Source of the DNA: Tubiluchus corallicola
Lineage: Eukaryota; Animalia; Priapulida
Length of the DNA: 64,000 nucleotides
NCBI GenBank assembly: GCA_030141605.1
Contig: JAQGDQ010000364.1
Location: forward strand, 62,001 to 126,000
Direction of reading: 5' to 3'
Positions 42,796 through 52,768 of this stretch are shown here, piece by piece (positions within the stretch are counted from its first letter, which is position 1; every line of letters starts with the position of its first letter). The notes below the pieces were generated by a model. It was not told where the DNA came from. It saw nothing but the letters and a program-made list of their open reading frames with translations, and did no database searches. The position numbers were made by a program, and so were the translations under genes.

Positions 42796-43534
42796 TTGGA
42801 ACTAAATACAAAAAGGTCTCGAATTCCCGAACTTTGAAAAGTTGGTCTGATACGACTCCCCTACCCAGTGGTCTTCATTGCTGTCGGGTTCATGTGGACA
42901 TTGATGTCAAGGTCACGTACTGTCGGGGTCACGTGGGCAGTGATCAAATGTAGTTTCATCAAAATTATCCTTTGAAAGTTTGCAAACTGTAAGTAATTAA
43001 ACTCTTAACAAATAGTCAATACCACCCGACCAGCATCTTGTTTCTTCAGTTTATAATACCGGTAAGTTTTAATTGCAAGGTTTAGGGTTCGATTCCCGAT
43101 TTATTAGCGTTTCATTTTCTTCGTCTTTTTAGCCGTTAGGTTAACGTTTGACACCGAATATATTTAGTGATATCGCTAGTGAATCGACTAACTTGTTTTA
43201 AACAGTATTTTATCGATTAACTTGTCAGGAAAACTGTCAGTTCCAGGGTATGCACGATTAACTTTCGGAAGTGGTAGTGAAATTAACAAAACTCCCATTT
43301 CCACAGAATACACAGTTACCTGTGGAATTCACTGAGTCACTTTAAACAGTTTTAGTCTAATGTATATTTACGTAAGGGCTTGTTTGCTGGTGCCACTTTT
43401 CACGGCTGGATTCGCGTGGGTGGGGGGAAGGGATATCCGCTAGCTTGTGTCCAGAACTCGCTATAGCAAATACAGAACCCGGATGCTGGCGCACGATTTC
43501 ATTTCTTACTGCTAATTAAACCACCCAGATGTTG

Positions 43535-43543
43535 CTATAAAAT
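43535..43543 (+). promoter_or_regulatory. TATA box of the Kazal gene
   Basis: CTATAAAA about 65 nt upstream of the ATG at 43605. Confidence 0.6.
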
Positions 43544-43604
43544 GAACGGAACTTGAACATTTGCCTGAACTGTCGGTTCATTTAACACCTAATAGTCTAA
43601 TGAG

Positions 43605-45392
43605 ATGGCAAGTCTTTGCTTATATGTGCTTGGAATATTTGTTACTTTAGCAGGTAAGCTGTAGTTTTATAATAAGTCAGAAATTGACTTGTTCGCAGTT
43701 TGTTTAACTGACGGACTGACCGACCGACCAAGTGACGGATTAATAATTTGTTAGTTGAGTTATTGACAGACTAACTATCTGATGTGTTATTTTGTTTGCT
43801 TCTTTGAGAAATCAATAATGTTGACGGACTCTTGGGTGATGAGTCAGCTAGTTCAAGTGTGCTTAGTTACCTGGGTGCACTACCTATTAAAATGTTTGTC
43901 CGTTTATTCGTGTCAGCCTTGTGTAGTCTCACACCTTACTTATTATTACCACAGGTGTTATGTAAGATGGTTCTTATGTAATATGATCATATACTGTATG
44001 GAAAAATAAAGAAAAAATGTTCATTTATTTCTTCGTTTAATTTTGTTCTCCTGTTTGTTATTGCATTTGCTTGTTGTCTTTTTTACACATGAAACTGTTA
44101 AAATGTTTGTTTAATTCGATTTTTACAGTTACTGGATCGTCAGTGAACTCACTGCCCTGTGCTTGTGGATATATCTATGATCCGGTGTGTGGTTCTGATG
44201 GAACAACGTATGCCAGCGAGTGCCTTCTTCAATGTGCCAGAGCGGAAATGAGCTTCTTCCGGAGAAGTAAGAATTAGTAGTGTTTTCTGTTTATCTGTAT
44301 GTCACTTCAGTTTCTTCCAGAGATGTGAGCATTAGTAGTGCGTTCATTTTTGTCTACGCCACTTTAGCTTCTGCCAGAGATGTAAGCATTAGTAGTGTAT
44401 TCATTTTGTCTCTACGCCACTTTCACGTCTTCCAGAGATATAAGCAATAGCAGTGTGTTCTGTTTGTCTGTATGTGATTTCAACTTCCTCCAGAGATGTA
44501 AGTCAACAGCATAAGCCTAGTAAGCCAACAGCACAAGCTTACTAAGCCAGCATCATAAGGCTACTAAGCCAACAGCATAAACTTACTAAACCAACAGCAT
44601 AAGCATAGTAAGTCAACAGCATAAGCCTAGTAAGCCATTGCCATAAGTCTACTAAACCAACAGCATAAGCTTACTAAGCCAACAGCATGAGCCTAGTAAG
44701 CCAACAGCATAAGCCCTGCAAAGTTTTGTTACATTATTGAATGTTCTCTTGTTTTTAGTGACCTACAAAGTGGAATGTTATGGACGGTGTCCTTGCGTTG
44801 ACTCAACACCAGAGCCCACACTTCCTGAATCTTGTCCGGATATATGTCCGTTTGATTACAAGCCGGTGTGTGGAAGGACAGTGGGTCCATCAACTTACAC
44901 CGAGTGTAGAGAATATGCAAACTCATGTGTTCGAAACGTGTAAGTATTGATTATTTTATTCTTTGAAATATTCTGGGACTTTTTTAATTCCAAAGAGTCT
45001 TGTGCAAGTAATTGCTTTGCATTTTTGATGTGAAAGAGCCTTATGGAAGTAATAACTGTGCGTTTAATTTTTACGCACTTTAAAATCACAAAGGACCTAT
45101 TTTTTTAATGATTTGGGCTGATTTTTTTAATGCTTTTAAAAGATTACTTTTGTGCTGCACAGCTGAACTAAAGCTCTTCCAAAAGAATTTGCTAAACTCA
45201 AATGTGTAATACCTCACTATCCATCCCATGAAAGAGTGTTCTAAGATTTTGAAAAACTGGCCAAGCAAAGCGTCGAACTCCCATTTGACTGACAAATAAA
45301 TGGTTTATTTTTTCAGTGCTGAATGCAGAGCAAAGCAAGAAAATCAAAACAACAGAATAATTAACTGCAACTGCGAGGCAGCAAGCTATTGA
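43605..45392 (+). CDS. Secreted two-domain Kazal-type serine protease inhibitor, 147 aa, 4 exons
   Basis: Exons 43605-43653 (signal MASLCLYVLGIFVTLA), 44129-44266 (CACGYIYDPVCGSDGTTYASECLLQC), 44759-44939 (CPDICPFDYKPVCG..YANSC), 45317-45392 (AECRAKQENQNNRIINCNCEAASY*); phases 1, 1, 2 are consistent. Confidence 0.92.
44251..44715. repeat. 58-bp repeat spanning the exon 2 donor (44251-44503) followed by a 21-22-bp minisatellite
   Basis: Five units ..CTTCC(A/G)GAGA(T/A)GT(A/G)AG.., then AAGCCAACAGCATAAGCTTACT repeats. Confidence 0.85.
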
Positions 45393-45850
45393 CCATGTAA
45401 CTGTGAGGCAGCAAGCTATTGACCATGTAACTGTGAGGCAGCAAGCTATTAACCATGCAACTGTGAGGCAGCAAGCTATTGACCATGTAACTGTGAGGCA
45501 GCAAGCTATTGACCAAGAACTGTGAGGCATCAAGCTATTGACCAAGAACTGTGAGGCATCAAGCTATTGACCAAGTAACTGTGAGGCAGCAAGCTATTGA
45601 CCATGCAACTGTGAGGCAGCAAGCTATTGACTATGTAACTGTGAGGCTAGCTGTTCATCATGCAACTGTGAGACAGCAAACTGTTGACCATGTAACTGTG
45701 AGATAGCAAACTGCTGACCATGTAACTGTGAGACAAGCTGTTCATCATGCGACTGTGAGGCAGCAAGCTATTGACCATGTAACTGTGAGGCAAGCTGTTC
45801 ATCATGCGACTGTGAGACAGCAAACTGTTGACCATGTAACTGTGAGGTAG
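45366..45850. repeat. 30-bp minisatellite starting within the last Kazal codons
   Basis: Unit TG(C/T)AACTGTGAGGCAGCAAGCTATTGACCA. Confidence 0.93.
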
Positions 45851-47483
45851 TAAACTAGGGATCGTGTTCTTCTCAGTTAGTCATTTGAGGTGCATTCACA
45901 ATTCACAGCAGTTGTCACTGCAGTTTCTGAGCTGTCACTGCTTTAACTATTTTTATTTGTAGATAACTAAGTTTTAACAAGAGCAATAAATGCTAATAGC
46001 CTATTGTTATACAGGAGACACAGACATAATGAGGTCAAGAATCATTAAGTGAATCAGATACATGTACTCAGTGATTTGTCATTCAGGAAAATACGTGGTT
46101 CTACCGGCATGTAGAGATAAAACCAAATTATGTTGTGCCTCAAAAATGTAAAAGAATTGTTGTAAAGAGAGAGAGGGGCAGAGACGGTGTGTGCGAAAGA
46201 GAGAGAGGTAGCAGCAGGGAGGGGAGAGAGAGAGAGAGAGAGAAGTGGCAAATATCGCACGTCTTGCATATTTTGTTGATGTTGTTAAAGTGGATGATGT
46301 TTGCTGCTTTATTCCATTTAAAACAAGGTTTTCTTTCTTTAGTTACTCTTCAATTATTTCTGTATACTATTACACAATTCTTTTAAAAGCTTAAAGCTCA
46401 TTTTTTAATGGAAAAGTGTCATAGCAATTGTTGCCACCATTGTTGTTACTGCTATTATCGTTTCTGTTATTGTTTCTGCTGTAATCATTACCATTGTTGT
46501 TGTAGTTGCAAGTGGAGTTGTAGCAGATCCTGAACTTAATAAAAAGATAATCACAACTGCCAATTATCAAATGTTGTATCACATTATTATCTGTATCGTA
46601 ACTGTTTTAAACTATTACCACATTATTACTGATCCCTTACTAACTTGGTAGAAGTAAGATTTTCTGTTTATTGGCACAGAAACGAATATTATTATTAACC
46701 CAGATAATGCATTCTTTGCTCGTGGATGATATAATTACCTAATAATGTCTTTACCGAAAGCAGTTTATCGTATTATTAACGATTTATTATCATCATACTG
46801 TAGTTTTACAAAAAAATTTGTAAAAAAGCTTGTTTTGTACATCCTTAATGCAAACGAAAATCTTTTTTAAAAAGAATATTAGACGTTTTAATGAACTGAT
46901 AAAGGCCTACTTTCCTGTAGTTTTTGCTGATCAGTTTATGAACAGATTACCTACAAAACTGTTAGGTAAGATGTGCAAAGATACTTCACTAGACGTTTGT
47001 GTAGATGTGATATAAAGTATACGGATTACGTTCATAGACTACAAATTCTTAAGTTACAACCATTAGAATAAGGGGGTTAATTTTTACCTAAAACGGTTTA
47101 CAAAATTTGCACACCTCATTTTGGGCTTAGGGGGCATAACTTTAAATTATATAAAAATGACTGTAGATTGAATGTTTGCAAATTCACTTTTTGTAACAGA
47201 ATCGTAGATATTTGAAATTCTTTTACTTACTGACAGAGTTAATGCCCCTAATGTTAAAGATGATACATCATTGTTAGAGATTGAAAACTTGTTGCAACAT
47301 TGGTCCTAAATTTGGTCGTAAGTTGGTAAAAGAGAGCCATCTGTAAGTGGTCCGCCTGGGTGGCTTCTCTCTTTTCTCTTGTATTATACTATAATACTAT
47401 GTTGCAAATAATAAATCAATCAGTCAAAAACAAAAAGTAGCTTTTAAAAAGAGAACTCCAAAGAGACAATGATTACAATGTCG

Positions 47484-50046
47484 TTATCTGGAGAAACGAA
47501 TGCTTGAGATGTATCCATTGCGCATGCACATGCATCTAAACTCTCCCTCTTCTCTGCCCAGTTCTTCAGCAAGAGCTTCAATATCCGTCTCTTGAATTGC
47601 ATCATCGTCACCATTGTTCAAGTCGTCGTCGTCGTCGTCGTCAGCATCTTCTTTCTGATCAGTCGCGTCTATCTCGTTATCAACTGCAGCATAAAAAGGC
47701 AGATAAAGTTAGTAACATTTTATTAAATGGAGCTGATACAGGACATGTGCACAACAATAAGCCTTTTCACAGTTTTGTGCGCACGCGCAGTTGCTGTACA
47801 GGTCTTTACTACAACCGTCACATTACGCATGTTTACAGCAAAGCCGTCTGCTGTACCAGTTCAGTAACTTCGGTAATTTTACGTGGACTTTACTTAATTA
47901 TACACTGGTCTGTGCGTAGAGTGATTTACTAGCAGGATTTCGCTTGGGAACAAGGAAAAATGAACTAGGTAAGGTTCTAGCTAGCTGCTAAAACTGTTAC
48001 TATTGTAATAGGATGGTGTGTGTGGCGTTGTCAAGTGCACACAAATGCGTTGTCTGGTACACTTAACCTTTAACTTTTTCACGATCATTATCAATCACAG
48101 GAACTGTGAAAAGGCTTATTAGAGATTTCTTGCCACTAGCTCGTAAACACTAATAAGCCTTTCACAGTTCCAGCGATTGATAATTGTCGCTAGCTCGTAA
48201 ACACTGAGTGAAAAAAACTCTAAACATCAACAGGCAAAACAAAACGAAAACAGACCTAAAGCAAAACCTACATTTAAACTGACTAGCGGTAATCGGTCCT
48301 GTATCGATAAACACACGATCATCATCAATCGGTGGAACTGTGAAAAGGCCTGTTTCCCTAGCTATTATTATCACGTGTTGTAACCTTACAATTAAGAAAT
48401 TTTGAAATGCTGGATTTAATTTTTTATCCCTAGAGGCACGACATATTGATGGCAAACGACTTCGCAATGATTGCATTGTTTCGTTTCATTATCCCAAATT
48501 CATGCGTTTAATCTTGAAGAGGTTCACCTTCTCTTTTGTTTATTATGCTTCCCATTCTTCTCCTGTTTGCTCTCCAAGGTTGAAAGCGGGAGACACTAGA
48601 GGCTTCCGCAACACATTCAAACACCTGCAAAAGCACCTGATGCTGAAAATTTGTAAATTAGTTATGGGGAGAAGACATGGCATTCAGCGTGTTGGCTTTT
48701 TCGGTTTTACTGTGACTTAAAGCACAAGGAAACCCTTCATAAACATAAAGCTTGAAAAATTCGTTTTGAAATTTTATACCACTTACATACTTCCTTTTTG
48801 CATGCAGGACTTCAATTGGCAGTCACGCTGTATAAAACATATAAATTTAAACTCCCGCGATGACCGTTAGACGCAGCCATTTTCACGACAGGTCATTTGA
48901 AACAAGTTTAGATAACATTTTTTAAAGTTTGAAAAAATAATCAGAGCATTCATAGCGCACAAGTCACCAACTAAATAAAATTTAAAATTACTCTATCTTG
49001 TCAATAAGATTAAAAATACGTTTTTTGGTTAGTGAGTTGTGCACCCTGGAGGGTGAGTCAGCGACATTTTACCAATTGGTGAAAACATTTTAAATAATTA
49101 ATAATTTTCTTTTCTAGTTACATAAGTCTCTCTAGCAGGTAAGCGAAAATCTAAGTAATATACATTTGCACGGAGTCTTTTGAGATATAATTTAACATTA
49201 CCCTTTCTTCCCTTGATTTACGTTTCGTACGTGACGTCATGTAATGGCGACTTCGGAACAGTATTGCGGGAGATATGAAAACAAACTAAGATTCTTTTCA
49301 GTGCGAGTACAATAAACGCACAAAATTGTTATTAAGTAGTATAATTTTCTAAGGCGATTTTTCTGAAACCTACTTCAGGTACCCCTTTTCTTGTCCTTTA
49401 AAGCAAGACAGGATAATTTTTCACGAACTACTCCATTTTCAAGTCCAATAAAAAGTATACATTTTAACACAATTTTGGATAAATAAGTCAACTGTGTAAA
49501 ATAAACAACAAGTAAACGAAAATGTATCAAAAATGAAGTCATAAGTCATGAAGCAGGTGTGAATGGGTCGAATCATATATTTGTTCAAATACGAAATGCT
49601 TCAGCAAACATTATGAAAGCCCTCATCTGTGCAATTAATACCAGCCATTTTTAGAACTTAAAGACAGATTTCTTTGTTTATACTAACCAACGTTAAAGAA
49701 AGACATATTCTACCCATTTTCAAGTCCGATGAAAAGTATATATTTTAACACAATTAATATTGCAGAGCGTTTCTGATGATCAAATAATAGATTAAAAACT
49801 TAATTAAGAGCGGGCGAACCCTATCAACAATAAATTTTACAGTTCATTAACAATTGCACCATCAGCAGTATATTTCAGTAAATCTCCAATATTAAATCCT
49901 TTTGTCACTGTACAACTGATTGCATTATTTGTGTTAATCTCCTTGTTGTTTCTATAAGTTATTGCAGTACGCAAAACCACATAAATTTCATTGTATGTAT
50001 TATGTGATAATGACAATAAATTGCTTGCTTACTTACTTACTTACTA

Positions 50047-50143
<97 letters not shown>

Positions 50144-50665
50144 AAACATATACATACAAACTTAGCAGATGTGACATAAATAATATAACATTTAAATAAT
50201 AACAATAACTGTCTTAAAAGTTATCATAAATACATAAAAAGGAATCTAAGATCTGATCGCATTAAAATGTTTAGTTCTCCTAATGTAATTTCGGATGCAG
50301 TCAAAAATTTTACAGTTAAGAGCAACATTAAAATGATTACTTCCGCAATGACAACAATTCACTATTACTATATTGTAAAATATTTATATTTGAAGATATT
50401 TGAATAATATGTTATTTAATTGGCTGAACATAGCATCTCTGGCTTGAAAATAATTAGGGCATTCTAGGAAGAAATTTTCTGATTTTTTAAAATAATAACC
50501 ACAATCACAATTTGAAGAGACAAGTAGACCATCAGAAAATTTGCAGCCTTTCAAAAACAAATCACCATTTTAACTCCTGATTAATAAAGTATACATTACT
50601 AACTAAAAAAGAGAAAATTTTACCACAATAAGCAGAAGAAGACTCGCTAGATGTAGCCGCTTCAT
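47484..50665 (-). CDS. Uncharacterised secreted prepropeptide A, 112 aa, 3 exons
   Basis: Exons 50624-50665, 48528-48624, 47484-47683 (GT-AG, phases 0 and 1) give MKRLHLASLLLLIVVFECVAEA-SSVSRFQPWRANRRRMGSIIN-KR-EVDNEIDATDQKEDADDDDDDDLNNGDDDAIQETDIEALAEELGREEGEFR-CMCMRNGYISSIRFSR*; TATAAGAA about 65 nt upstream. No transcript evidence available. Confidence 0.8.
50026..50142. repeat. (TTAC)n microsatellite
   Basis: Visible directly. Confidence 0.95.
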
Positions 50666-51619
50666 GTCGCTTGTTGAACGTCCTGACTTCTGATTCTATT
50701 CGTGTGCCTGGCCCACTTTTCTAACGTGTTCTTATACCCTAGTTTTATGTTCATAAACGTAATAATATTACCCACATGCGACCTAAATTCTATGAACTAC
50801 AATCACAATATTAATTTCCAGTACGAGTTCATTTTGCGATCTTCTGGGGGCTAATTTGTTGGTCTTGTAATTGGTATTTCGTTGCAAAGATGCATCCTCG
50901 TAGGTGACAAACTGTGTTAGTATGACAACCTGCAGGTACTGGTTTATTAAGAAGCTTTATCAACTAACGAGGCGTGTCATGTCGAATGAATCATACTGGC
51001 AAAATGTCACCAATATTGTAGCGATGCTGTGGGTCTGATTGTGGCTCCCCTAGTCCCCTAGGTCGTCCCCATGCATTCCGGAGGCCAAGTGCTCAGGGTT
51101 CAATGCCAGGATGATGTAAACTTTATAAACACAGACAAAGATTTGTAGAAATAATTCACCAGTGAATTTTGTGTACTTCATGGTGGTTGTGTCTTCGGAA
51201 CAGGTGCTGTGATAGTAAAGAACCTCTCTGTTTACTTGCTGAATCAAGGAGGCCATTCCATGTTAGTTAATGGGTTTACACCTGTTATGTAGTTGCTTAG
51301 TAATGGATCAAACCATTAGAATGTAGGGGTAGGGTGTGAAATGAAATGATCTTTCTCCGTCGCACTGTGCTACTAATTCAACACCTACAACATTGGAGGT
51401 GACGATATTAAAATAAGCTAAATATTTAATCTAGCAGGTTAATGAAATTTGCCATTATAATGACATCAGAAACACAAAAACTTCATCTGACAAATGAATA
51501 AACTGAATAAATTTCTTTGCATTTTCTACCTGTATAATTATATGACTTCCCGTCTGCTAGCCTATTTTCAAACGTACAGCATAGTTAACTCCTTCAAAAT
51601 AGATCTTATAACACCTGTG

Positions 51620-52348
51620 ACTTTTCTGTTACTGTGTGAGCACAGACATAATTAAATCAACACAAGTTAGCTTTTCTGTTACTGTGTGGACACAGACATA
51701 ACAATATCAACACAGGTTAGCTGTTCCGTTACTGTGTGAGCACAGACATAACTAAATCAACACAACTTAGCTGTTCCGTTACTGTGTGAGCGCAGACAAC
51801 AATATCAACACAAGTTAGCTTTTCTGTTACTGTGTGAGCGCAGACATAACTAAATCAACACAAGTTTGCTGTTCCGTTACTGTGTGAGCACAGACATAAC
51901 TAAATCAACACAACTTAGCTTTTCTGTTACTGTGTGAGCACAGACATAATTAAATCAACACAACTTAGCTTTTCTGTTACTGTGTGAGTGCAGACATAAC
52001 TAAATCAACACAGGTTAACTTTTCTGTTATTGTGTGAGCACAGACAACTAAATCAACACAAGTTAGCTTTTCTATTACTGTGTGAACACAGACATAACTA
52101 AGTCAACACAAGTTAGCTTTTCTATTACTGTGTGAACACAGACATAACAATATGAACACAAGTTAGCTTTTCTGTTACTGTGTGAGCACAGACATAACAA
52201 TATCAACACAAGTTAGCTTTTCTGTTGCTGTGTGAGCACAGACATAACTAAACCAAAACAAGTTAGCTTTTCTGCTACTGTGTGAGCACAGACATAACTA
52301 AATCAACACAACTTAGCTTTTCTGTTACTGTGTGAGCACAGACATAAT
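51620..52348. repeat. 50-bp minisatellite, about 14.5 copies, between the divergent peptide genes
   Basis: Unit CTTTTCTGTTACTGTGTGAGCACAGACATAACTAAATCAACACAAGTTAG. Confidence 0.95.
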
Positions 52349-52768
52349 TTCGACTCGAGTTCGAAAGTCAGATATTCGATTCGACTCGAATTCACTTTCT
52401 AATAGAAAAATACTCGCCTCTTTTACCTACTTACTTAACTATGTTTCTACTAATTAACCTATTTACCTACTTACCTATCTATTTAAAATCTCACAAGTAT
52501 TGCAGCACATTGTGAACTTCCGCTTGGCATGACCCATTAGCCTGATAAATTTAATATTGGCACATAATATTAATAATATGATGCAGGAATACAAAAGTAT
52601 TATGAGGGTAATAGTGTGGCTCCTTCAATAAGAGCCAGTGACCCAAATGACTGTTTATAAGTAGCGTGTAAGGAAATCTGCAACACTGTGTCCTCTACAC
52701 AAGCCTGCGAGGGTTAGTGGTTTCTCTGGCTTCTAGAATCTACCGTTCCTTCGAACATTTATACGAAA

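Noticed and set aside
42886-42935. Nuclear-receptor half-sites upstream of secreted-protein genes (also 52541, 52640, 63851)
   Set aside because: Hexamers expected by chance, with no conserved spacing.
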